From an uncultured delta proteobacterium (GTDB lineage Bacteria > Myxococcota_A > Polyangia > Polyangiales > Polyangiaceae), in assembly GCA_963841435.1 (NCBI GenBank), contig CAWJCS010000002.1, positions 608,001-672,000 of the forward strand: 64,000 nt of DNA. The letters run 5' to 3'. Position numbers and translations under genes: made by a program. Shown one piece after another: positions 28,938 to 40,215 of the stretch (within the stretch, counting starts at the first letter, position 1; every line of letters starts with the position of its first letter). The notes under the pieces are model-generated. The model was not told the origin of the DNA, made no database searches, and saw nothing but the letters and a program-made list of their open reading frames with translations.

Positions 28938-31656
28938 ATGCTAACAAGGGGGAATCGCCACTAGGAAAAACTCGGACAACGTTTCGGGCTCGGGCGGCGA
29001 CCCGCTGCTCGAATACCGTCAAAAACGCGATCCGCTCCGGACGAACGAGCCCTTCGCCCCTGAACGCAAGGACAGCGTCCGGGCCACGCGTCACGGCCGC
29101 TACGTGGTCCACCTGCACGACGCCACCCGGACGCACTACGACCTGAGGCTCCAGATCGGGGGCACGCTGAAGAGCTTCGCCGTGCCCAAGGGGCCGACGC
29201 TCGACCCGACGAAAAAGCACCTCGCCGTGCTCACCGAGGACCATCCCCTCGAGTACCTGGATTTCGAGCAAGTCATCCCGGCGGGCAACTACGGAGCGGG
29301 TCCCATGATCGCGTGGGACCGCGGCCGCGTGCGCTACCTCGACGGGACCGCCGAGGAGGGTCTCGCGCGCGGCAAGCTCGATTTCGAGCTTTCGGGGTTC
29401 AAGCTGCACGGCCGCTTCGCGCTCATCGAAACCGGACACCGCAAGGGCAAGGGGAGCAAGGCCGACGGCAAGGAGTGGCTGCTCGTCAAGAAGCCCGACG
29501 CCCACGCGTCCACGCGCGACATCGTCACCGAGGAGCCGCGCAGCGTGCTCGGCGGGCTGTCCGTCGAGGAGCTCGCCGCGCGCGAGGCGCTCGATGCCGA
29601 GCTCGTCGCGCGCGCGGCCGGTCTCGGGGCGCCCGTCGGTGAGGTCTCCGTGGAGCGGCTCACGCCCATGCTTTGCGCCACGGAGGGCGGCCGGCTCGAC
29701 GACGCGACGCGCCTCTACGAGCTCAAGCTCGACGGCGTGCGCATCGTCGCCGACCGGCGCGGGCGCGCCGTCGCGCTCAGGTACCGCAACGGGCGCTCCG
29801 CCACGGCGGCTTACCCCGAAATCGCGCGGGCCGTGGCCGCCCTGGCGCCCGAGCGCGTGGTGCTCGACGGCGAGATCGTCGCGTTCGACGCCGAGGGGCG
29901 GCCGACGTTCGAACGGCTCGGCCCGCGCATCCACGCCGAGCGTCCCCTCGACGTGCTGCGGGCTCAGGCCGAAGTGCCGGTGACGTTTCTCGTGTTCGAT
30001 CTCATCGCGCTCGGCGATCGTGATCTCACGAGCCTGCCGCTCGTCCGTCGCAAGGAGCTGCTCTCGGAGGTGGTGCGCGGGCGCGGCCTCCTGCGCGCGC
30101 TCGATCACATCGAAAACGACGGCGAGGCGCTGTTCCGCTTCTGCCGCGACCAAAGGCTCGAGGGCGTGGTCGCCAAGAAGAAGCAGTCGCCCTATCGGCC
30201 GGGGCCGCAGCGCACCGACGACTGGATCAAGATCAAATGCGATCGCGACGACGAGTTCGTCGTCGTCGGCTGGGTGCCGGGCAAGGGGACGCGGGCACGG
30301 CTGGGTGCGCTCTGCCTCGGCAGCTTCGGCCCGTCGGGGCTCGTCTACCGAGGGCGCGTCGGCAGTGGGCTCGACGACGCGTCGATCGACGACCTGCTGG
30401 CCCGCCTCGGTCCGGGCGAAATCCCCGGTTTCCCCGGCGTTGGCGGGCCCCCCGCCGAGGCCAAGGGTGCGCGCTGGGTGCGGCCCGAGGTCGTCGTGAG
30501 CGTGCGCTTCCTCGGCTTCACGCCCGAGGGTCATCTTCGCCATCCCGTGTTTCGCGGCGTGCGCGAAGACCTCGAGCCGGCCGCCTGTCGCGCGATGCCG
30601 CCCGAGGAAGCGGCAGCGGCGGGCGCACTTTCTCTCGAGGCCGGCGGTGAGTCGTCGGCGTCGGGCGATGGCGGAGACGTGCCCACGGGCGCGGTTCCCG
30701 ACGAAGACGCGGCGCCCGCACCCGCCCGTCGTGCAACGACCCGCGCGGCGCCCGCTCGCTCGCGCGTGGCGATCACCAATCGCGACAAGGTGTTCTGGCC
30801 CGACGAGGGCTACACGAAGGGCGACCTCATCGGGTACTACAGGGCCGTCGCCCCGGCCATGCTGCCCTTTCTCGACGATCGACCCGTCGTGATGGTGCGC
30901 TATCCGGACGGTATTCGCGGCAAGAGCTTCTTCCAGTGGAACGTACCGCAGGGGACGCCCGACTGGCTGCGTCGCGCCGTGCTCGTGCGCGACGACGACG
31001 ACAAGCGCGAGAAGGTGGTCTTCTTGATCGACGACGTCGACTCGCTCGTCTACCTCGCGAATCTCGGCACGATCCCGCTCCACGTGCTCGCCTGTCGCGA
31101 AGAAACCCGAAATTATTGTGATTTTCTCACGATCGATTTCGACATCGGCGAGCATCCGTTCGAGCGCGCCGTCGTGCTCGCTCTCACGCTGCGCGAGATC
31201 CTCGACGAGGTGGGCCTCGTCGGGTTTCCCAAGACCTCGGGGCAGAAGGGCCTGCACGTGCTCGTGCCGCTCGGCCCCGGCGTGCCCTTCGACGCCGCCA
31301 AGATCCTGTGCGAGCTGTTCGGGCGGCTCATCGTCGCGCGGCACCCGAAGCTCGCGACGCTCGAGCGACGCGTCGACAAGCGGGGCGGGCGCGCACTCAT
31401 CGACATCGGCCAGACGGGGCCGTCACGCACGATCGTGGCGCCGTATTCCGTGAGGGCGTGGCCCGGCGCCACGATCTCGACGCCGCTCTACTGGGAAGAG
31501 GTGCACGTTGCGCTCGACCCGCGGCGCTTCACCATGGTCAGCGTGCCCTCGCGGCTCGCCGAAAGCGGCGATCCGTTCGAGCACATCCTCGATGCGCACC
31601 CCGACATCCCGAGCGCGGTGCAGAAGCTCGAGGCGATGAGCACACCGAAGACCTAG
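28938..31656 (+). CDS. ligD: DNA ligase D (PE-LIG-POL); true 5' end lies upstream of the track ORF, probably frameshifted at G5 28948-28952
   Basis: PE domain LEYRQKRD...HDATRTHYDLRL; ligase ELKLDGVR, LDGEIV, FDL, EGVVAK; polymerase TNRDKVFWP, RYPDG, DFD, KTSG.KGLH, APYSVR. Confidence 0.93.
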
Positions 31657-31848
31657 CGCGCGTCCGACGGCGCCTCGCGAGCGCCCGCCGATTCGTTGCA
31701 CACGAGGGTGCCCGTGGAACGGTGCGCGACCCCTCCGGCTCGGACCGCGCCGCGCGGCGGTCGCCACCCACAAAACCCTTAATTATAGCACGAATCAGGG
31801 CGGTCTTTCGCCGGGCGGGGGCTTATCCGAAGCCCGGCCGCGCTCGTC

Positions 31849-31886
31849 GCTCGCCGTTGCTCGCCGTTGCTCGCCGTTGCTCGCCG
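31849..31886. repeat. Tandem 10-mer repeat (TCGCCGTTGC) x3 plus partial copies
   Basis: Exact units at 31851-31860, 31861-31870 and 31871-31880. Confidence 0.9.
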
Positions 31887-32007
31887 GGGGCTGTTGCCCA
31901 ATGGGGCAAGGGCCAGGCAACTCGCGCCAGCGCATTTCGTGCGCTGTTCTCATTCGTTGATCCGCGACTGAGCGGCGTGACTCGCCCGATGTCGCGTCGA
32001 ACGTGGC

Positions 32008-32190
32008 GCCGTCAACGACATCTGGACGAGCTCACCGTCGAACGACCCCTTCAGCCAGCTCATGAAGACGCGCGGCTGGAACATTTCCCAGCTGAACGAT
32101 TTTTTCGGCGACTGGGCGATGCACAACGTCACGTGGGACTACAAGGATCGGCCACCGACCGCGGGCGGCAGCCAGAGCAGCACGACGGAC
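32008..32190 (+). pseudogene. Internal fragment of a secreted-protein gene (resembles DUF6055-domain proteins)
   Basis: AVNDIWTSSPSNDPFSQLMKTRGWNISQLNDFFGDWAMHNVTWDYKD reads as real protein with coding codon bias, but has an in-frame stop at 31978 and no full gene around it. Family assignment is from memory. Confidence 0.55.
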
Positions 32191-32271
32191 GTCACCGTGG
32201 CACCGCCGTACGCCTGGCGAAACCGAGGCCCCCGCCGGTCGCAGGGGCGGGCGCCGCGGACGGGCGCCGGG

Positions 32272-33189
32272 CTATTCGCGCAGCGCTTCGGCGCCGCCGA
32301 TGATTTCCATGAGCTCGGTCGTGATCGCGGCCTGGCGGGCGCGGTTGTAGACGAGCGTCAGCTTGGCGATCATCTCGGAAGCGTTCTTCGTCGCCGAATC
32401 CATCGCGGTCATGCGCGCGCCGAGCTCTGCCGCCATCGACTCGAGCAGGGCGCGCAGGATCGTGACCTCGACGTACATCGGCAACAGGCGCTCGAGCAGC
32501 ATCGTCTGGTCGGGCTCGAACAAGAACTCGCGGTGGTGCTCCCATTCCTGCGCGGGCGCGCTGCCCGTGGCGTCGCCCACCGCGGAGGGCGTTGCGGGGC
32601 GGAGTGGAAACAGCGGCTCCGCGACGACGCGCTGACTCATCGCGCTCTTGAACTCGTTGTAAACGAGGTAAACGGCGTCGACTCTCTCCTCGACGAAGGG
32701 CACGAGCACGGTGCGCGCAACGGTGCGCGCCTGCTCGAGATCCACCTTCTCCCACACGCCCGAAAAGGCGTGGAACAGGGGAGCCTTGCGGCGCGTGAAA
32801 AAGTCGCGGCCCTTGCGGCCGATCGTCGCCAGCGTGACATCCATGCCCTCTGCCTGCTTCTCCTTCATGAGGCGATCGGCGGCACGCAGGATGTTCGAGT
32901 TGAAGGCGCCGCATTGCCCGCGGTCGCTCGTGACGACGAGCACGAGCACCCGCCTCTCGGGGCGGCGCGCGAGCAGCGGATGGTTGTCGCCGAACTCGCC
33001 CGCTTCCTCGAGCGCGGCGGTGATCTCGCCGAGCACCTCGCCGGTTTTCACGGCGTAAGGCCGGAGCGCGAGAATGCGCTGCTGGGCGCGCGCCAGGCGG
33101 GCGCCGGCGACCATCTTCATGGCGCGGGTGATCTTCTGCGTGCCTTTGACGCTCGAGATCCGCTTGCGAATGGCCTTGAGATTGGGCAT
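32272..33189 (-). CDS. atpG: F1 ATP synthase gamma subunit
   Basis: KITRAMKMVA, SDRGQCGAFN, ELGARMTAMDSATKNA, YNRARQAAITTEL. Confidence 0.97.
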   Translation of the reverse strand: MPNLKAIRKRISSVKGTQKITRAMKMVAGARLARAQQRILALRPYAVKTGEVLGEITAALEEAGEFGDNHPLLARRPERRVLVLVVTSDRGQCGAFNSNILRAADRLMKEKQAEGMDVTLATIGRKGRDFFTRRKAPLFHAFSGVWEKVDLEQARTVARTVLVPFVEERVDAVYLVYNEFKSAMSQRVVAEPLFPLRPATPSAVGDATGSAPAQEWEHHREFLFEPDQTMLLERLLPMYVEVTILRALLESMAAELGARMTAMDSATKNASEMIAKLTLVYNRARQAAITTELMEIIGGAEALRE

Positions 33190-33240
33190 CGATGGGGGGA
33201 GTCAGGTGGTGCGGCGCGACCCGGGGGCGCGCCGGGTGCG

Positions 33241-35588
<2,348 letters not shown>

Positions 35589-35590
35589 GG

Positions 35591-36343
35591 CTAGTTCCGG
35601 GCTCCGAGGCCAGCGCCGGAGCGCGAAAGGCCCGCCAGGTACTCGTCCGCGAGGCGCCGGCGATCGTCGTCGGTGAGCCGCTTCGTCAGCACGTCCGCGG
35701 CCGAGGCTAGCGCCTGCGACACGAGCTCGCGCTTCATGTCGTCGCGTGTCGCGGCAAGCTCCTGGTCGATGAGCAAGCGAGCGTCTCGCTCCAGGCGCTC
35801 GCGCCGGGCCCGCGCGTCGGCGAGCACGCCCTCGCGCTCCCGCTGTGCGGCCTCCCTCATCTGCGCACGGACGCGTTCGATCTCGCTGTCGATGCGGTCG
35901 AGCTTCTTCTCGTACTCCTCGAGGCGAGCCTCGGCGTCCTTCTTCATGCGGGCCGCCTCGTCCATGCCGCGCAGGATGTTCGCCTTGCGGGCGCGGAGGG
36001 CTTCCTTGAGCGGCTTCTTCGTGTAGCGGTAGATGACGCCGTACAGCAGCGCGGCGTTGAGCAGGTACGCGCCGAACGGGGCCTGCATGCCCTTGGGCCG
36101 AAAGAGCAGGCTGGGCTCGCCGTCGTCGCTCTCACCCACAAAGCCGTAAAACCAGTTGATGTCGTCCCACGTGGGCACGTGGTGCGCGCCGTGGCCGTGC
36201 TCGCCGTGCGTCCCTGCCTCGGTCGCCTCGTGCGCGCCCGCCTTTTCGGCGTGCCCGTGCTCCTCGGTCTCCGCCGCGCTTACGACGGCCCCGCCCAGCA
36301 GGCTCGACAGGGAGACGAGCGCGACGACCAGGGCTTTTCTCAT
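35591..36343 (-). CDS. atpF: Fo ATP synthase subunit b, with N-terminal signal-like and His-rich extension
   Basis: TM segment then KKPLKEALRARK coiled coil; position in the operon. Confidence 0.85.
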   Translation of the reverse strand: MRKALVVALVSLSSLLGGAVVSAAETEEHGHAEKAGAHEATEAGTHGEHGHGAHHVPTWDDINWFYGFVGESDDGEPSLLFRPKGMQAPFGAYLLNAALLYGVIYRYTKKPLKEALRARKANILRGMDEAARMKKDAEARLEEYEKKLDRIDSEIERVRAQMREAAQREREGVLADARARRERLERDARLLIDQELAATRDDMKRELVSQALASAADVLTKRLTDDDRRRLADEYLAGLSRSGAGLGARN

Positions 36344-36828
36344 CAGCTCGGCTCCCGGCCGAGCACGCGCTCGGCGACGTCTTGTGCGAGGCGCTCGGAC
36401 TCGCGGCCGAGGTCGAAGCGCATGCGCCCGACCTCCTCCTTGATGTGGCCGCGCCCGTCCTCGACGATACGGGTGACCGACTTACGGGCCTCGTCGAGGA
36501 TTTCGGCTTCGAGCCGGGCGGTTTCGGCCCGCGCGTGATCGCGCTCTTCGCCGGCCACCTGGTTCACACGCGCGTATTCGCGCTCGTATTTCTCGAGCAG
36601 CTCGCCGGCCAGCTCGTCGAGCTCTCGTGCCTGGGCACGCTCCCCGTCGGTCCGCGCCTCACGCAGCGCAAAGACGCGCAGCACGGGCGTGAACAGCAGC
36701 GGCTCCAAGACCAGGATCAAAACCAGGAAGATGAACGCCTGGAAGACGACCGTGTTGTCGAGGTCGAGGGTGACGCCGCCGGCGAGGCCGAGCAACGTCG
36801 GGTGGAGTATCGAGAGCTCCGGGCTCAT
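36343..36828 (-). CDS. Fo ATP synthase subunit b' (second b-type)
   Basis: DLD.T..FQ..IF..L...L..LLF.P....RE pattern, ends VLGR; first gene of the atp block. Confidence 0.85.
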   Translation of the reverse strand: MSPELSILHPTLLGLAGGVTLDLDNTVVFQAFIFLVLILVLEPLLFTPVLRVFALREARTDGERAQARELDELAGELLEKYEREYARVNQVAGEERDHARAETARLEAEILDEARKSVTRIVEDGRGHIKEEVGRMRFDLGRESERLAQDVAERVLGREPS

Positions 36829-36893
36829 GGTGGCGTTGGCTCGGGGGCGGCTCGTAGCATCTCGCCGCGGTCATGTCCATTGGTCCTCGATTT

Positions 36894-37386
36894 CTACCAG
36901 GTGGCTCCACTGCCGCTGATTTCGCGCACGCCGCTCGCGTCCAGCGTCCGTAGAATGTCCCGGTAGGAAACGTCGTCGGTCGGATCGCAAGCGTCGGGTG
37001 CGACGTTCGAGCAAGGGGAAGAGCGCAAACGCTCGCTTTCTCAGCTCCGGATGCGGCACGCTGAGCGCCGGCGTCGCAACGGCCGTGCCCTTCGCCCACA
37101 GGATGTCGAGATCGATGAGGCGCGGCCCCCAGCGCTCGTTTCGCACCCGGCCGAGCCGCCGTTCGATGCCGAGCAGTGCCTCGAGCAGCGCGTCGGGCGC
37201 AAGGCCGATATCGAGCCTGAGCGCGGCGTTCAGGAACCTGGGCTGCGGGGGCCCGACCGGCTCGGTTTCGTAGAGGGACGACCGGCCCCGCGGGCGGCCG
37301 AGGCGTTCGATTTCGAGGGCCGCGGTCGCGAGCAGGCGCCGACTATCCCCGAGATTCGAGCCGAGGCCGATCACGGCGTCCAGCAT
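36894..37386 (-). CDS. folK: 6-hydroxymethyl-7,8-dihydropterin pyrophosphokinase; probable +1 frameshift at 37006-37007
   Basis: IGLGSNLGD, SSLYETEP, FLNA, RWGPRLIDLDIL, PHPEL..RAF.L.PL. Removing one base restores the typical LLDVAPD C-terminus with a stop at 36894-36896. Confidence 0.92.
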
Positions 37387-37502
37387 GCGCCGAGCGTAGC
37401 GGCTTCTGTCGGGTTTCCAAACCGGCCGCGAGCCGCCACGCGGGAGCCCTGCGCGGACTGGCGCCTTCCCCTTTGGCGCCCTCGGAGGCAGGATGGGGGA
37501 GC

Positions 37503-37643
37503 GTGCTGGGTCTCAGCTTCGGCGAGCTGTTCCTGCTGACGTTCATCGTCGGCACGATTCTCTCTGCTCGCTACTGGCCGCGCCTCGGCGAGTGGGTTGT
37601 GCGCCGCATCGCTCGTTCGACCGGCGACAGCGACCCTGAGTGA
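37503..37643 (+). CDS. 46-aa TatA/TatB-like small membrane protein
   Basis: Below the track cutoff: MLGLSFGELFLLTFIVGTILSARYWPRLGEWVVRRIARSTGDSDPE. G-rich RBS-like sequence upstream; one TM helix plus an amphipathic helix. Confidence 0.55.
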   Translation: MLGLSFGELFLLTFIVGTILSARYWPRLGEWVVRRIARSTGDSDPE

Positions 37644-37727
37644 CCCTCTCCGCACGCGCGCAAAGCAGCGGCGCGGCATTCCGGGTGGAGAAACGCGCGG
37701 CCCCACGGTACGCTGCCGTCACCCGAG

Positions 37728-40184
37728 GTGGCAAGCTCCGATCCGAAGTCTGCCCCCGATAGCTCGCCAAGCTCGCAGGGTGCGCTCATCTTCATGAGCG
37801 ACGCCTCGGCGGAGGCAGAGCGCCTGAGTTCCGCGCTCCGCACGCGCGGGCACTGGGTGGTCGACGTGCCGCTCGGGCTGCTCGCGGGACGCGTGGCGGT
37901 GCAGCGCCCGGCCGTCGTGATCTGTGACGCCGACGCCCCGGGCACCCTGGAGACCTTGACGCGCGTCCAGATCGCGGCAGGCGAGCGTACGATCAACGTG
38001 CTGCTCATCGCTGAGCGGCTCGAATCGGTGCCCCAGGGCCGCCGCGAGCTCGAGACGCTCGCGAGCGCGCTGTTCACGCGGCCCGTCGAGCCAGAGCTTT
38101 TGATCGAGAAGGTCGAACAGATCATGGGGCCGAGCGGGTCGCGGCCCTCCGCGAGCGGTGCGTCGAGCGCCGGAGGGCGACCACCCGTGCTGGTCGCCGC
38201 AACCCGCCGCCCGTATCGCTACGAGGGCTCGAGGCCCGGCAGCCGCGGTCCATTGAGTGGCGCGCCGCCTTCCGCCGGAGCGCCGTCTTCTCCGCGGGCG
38301 TCGGGGGGAGGCTCGGCACCTCCCGGCGCGTCGCCCTCGTCGGCGCCGTCGTCGCCGCCGGCGGGAGCCCCAGCGTCCGGGCGACCCTCGAGCTCCCCGC
38401 CCGGAGTCGGGCCGCGAGGGGGATCGGTCGTGCCGCAAGCGATCGGGGCCGTCCCGCACGCGCGCCTGAGCCCCGAGCTCGAAGCGTTGCTCGGCCGCGC
38501 CGAGCAACGGGTGCGCAGCACGGCCGGCATGCCGGTCGTCGCCGAGCGGCTCTCGCCCGAGGCTGAGGTCGAGGCCGTGCTGCCGGCGGAGCTGCTCGCC
38601 GTCCTCGACGAGCCGCTCCAGGACGACGAGGACGACGAGGATGACAGCGTCCCAGGCACGGCGGGAGGCTCGGAAGGCGGCTCGCGCGGCACGCGCGGCA
38701 CCCCTGACGCGGGCACGGCCGCGGGCTCGCGTGGTGTTGCCCGGACCGAGACGACCTCGAGCCGGTCTCGCCACGTGCCCGTCGAGCCCCCACCCCCTGA
38801 GCCGCCGGAGGACAGCGCCGCCTTCGGTCAGGAAGCGCCCACGGCACCGCCTCGCGGCGGGCCGGCGCCGCCCAGCATGCTTTCGACGACGGCGCTCGAA
38901 GGGCTCGAGCATCCGCTCGAATCGCGACCGAGCCGTCCGGCGCCGACGGCACCCGGCGGAGTGATCGAGAGCCTTCCGCCCGTCGAGGTGCCTTCCACCC
39001 GCCCGCCGCGCTCCGCGCATACCGAACGCCGGCCCGAGCCGGACGGGAGGCCCGAGCCTTCGCCGCCGCGCTCGTCCGAGGTGCCGCTGCTCGCTCGCCC
39101 GCCATCGGACCCGCCCTCGATGGTGAACCGCTTGCCGGACGTGCCCGCCGTCCTCGGAGCCGGCGATGGCGTGAGAGCGCTGGCACGCTCGATCGCGTCC
39201 CGCTTCACGGGCGCCGTCGCGTTCGAGGATCCCGCGGGGATCCGCCGCGTCGTGTTCCGCGACGGCGACTTCGTCACGGCGGCGTCCAGCGCCGAGGGGG
39301 AGACACTCGTCGCGTTCCTCGCGCAGCGCGGCGATTTGTCGCCGGACGTCGTGCAGAAGGTGGCGCGGCGGCTGCCGCCGTTCGGCCGTCACGCGGGCGC
39401 GGCGCTCGTGGCTCAGGGGCACCTGCGCCAGGACGAGCTCTGGAGCGTGCTCCGCGCTCACGCGGAATGGTTGCTCGGCCGCGTTGCCGCGCTCGAGCGC
39501 GGCGGGGCGAGCCTCGAGCAGGACGTGCCGCAGCGCTTGCAAGCCGAGCCGGGCGTGTTCGGAGGCGCGACGGGCGCGGAGGTGCTCGTGGAGATGGCCC
39601 GGCGCGTGCTCGCCCCGGCCGACGCCGTCGTGCGGCTCGGTGGGCGCGAGGCTCGGCTCACGGCGGGCGGCGTGCGCGCGCTGCTCGCCGAGTGCGCGCT
39701 GCCCGACGCCGAGGTCTCGTTCGTGCACCAGGCGGACGGCGCAACCGTCGGGGAGCTCCTAGCCCGCGCCGGCAGCGACGATTTCGCGCCGGTCGTGCTT
39801 TGCCTCGTCGAGCTCGGCGTGCTGAAGACCGAGGGCGCGCTCCGGCGTGTTCCCGCGGACGCCGCGCGCGGTCCGGGCGAGTGGGATTCGCTCGATACCG
39901 ACGCCGTGCGCGCGCGCATCGCGTCGCGGCTCTCGCTCGTCGAGGAGGGCGACTACTTCGCCGTGCTCGGCGTGAGCCGCGACGCCACGAGCTATGATCT
40001 GCGTCGCGCGTATCACTCCATGCGGAAAGCGTTCGACCCGGGCGCCGTGCTCACCGCGGCGACGGTCGACCTGCGCAGCGACGTCGAGTCGATCCTCGAA
40101 GTGCTCGACGAGGCGTACGATATCCTGCGCGATCCGGTGCGGCGCGAGCGCTACCGGCGCGCGCTCGAAGCCGTGCCCCGGTAG
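37728..40184 (+). CDS. Atypical receiver + Pro-rich linker + DUF4388-like + J-like domain protein
   Basis: RPAVVICDAD receiver-like N-terminus; FTGAVAF...VVFRDG....A.S DUF4388-like region; DYFAVLGV...LRRAY...EAYDILRDP..R.RY J-like domain. Confidence 0.75.
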   Translation: MASSDPKSAPDSSPSSQGALIFMSDASAEAERLSSALRTRGHWVVDVPLGLLAGRVAVQRPAVVICDADAPGTLETLTRVQIAAGERTINVLLIAERLESVPQGRRELETLASALFTRPVEPELLIEKVEQIMGPSGSRPSASGASSAGGRPPVLVAATRRPYRYEGSRPGSRGPLSGAPPSAGAPSSPRASGGGSAPPGASPSSAPSSPPAGAPASGRPSSSPPGVGPRGGSVVPQAIGAVPHARLSPELEALLGRAEQRVRSTAGMPVVAERLSPEAEVEAVLPAELLAVLDEPLQDDEDDEDDSVPGTAGGSEGGSRGTRGTPDAGTAAGSRGVARTETTSSRSRHVPVEPPPPEPPEDSAAFGQEAPTAPPRGGPAPPSMLSTTALEGLEHPLESRPSRPAPTAPGGVIESLPPVEVPSTRPPRSAHTERRPEPDGRPEPSPPRSSEVPLLARPPSDPPSMVNRLPDVPAVLGAGDGVRALARSIASRFTGAVAFEDPAGIRRVVFRDGDFVTAASSAEGETLVAFLAQRGDLSPDVVQKVARRLPPFGRHAGAALVAQGHLRQDELWSVLRAHAEWLLGRVAALERGGASLEQDVPQRLQAEPGVFGGATGAEVLVEMARRVLAPADAVVRLGGREARLTAGGVRALLAECALPDAEVSFVHQADGATVGELLARAGSDDFAPVVLCLVELGVLKTEGALRRVPADAARGPGEWDSLDTDAVRARIASRLSLVEEGDYFAVLGVSRDATSYDLRRAYHSMRKAFDPGAVLTAATVDLRSDVESILEVLDEAYDILRDPVRRERYRRALEAVPR

Positions 40185-40215
40185 TGGGCGCGACGGCTCG
40201 TCGTTCGCGGCGATC

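Noticed and set aside
31849-31886. Tandem repeat as a possible CRISPR array
   Set aside because: 10-bp units with no spacers and no cas genes in the window.
36894-37386. folK (and the other frameshifted genes) as true pseudogenes
   Set aside because: Each has a single +1 base with otherwise intact motifs and codon bias; sequencing error is more parsimonious, pending reads.
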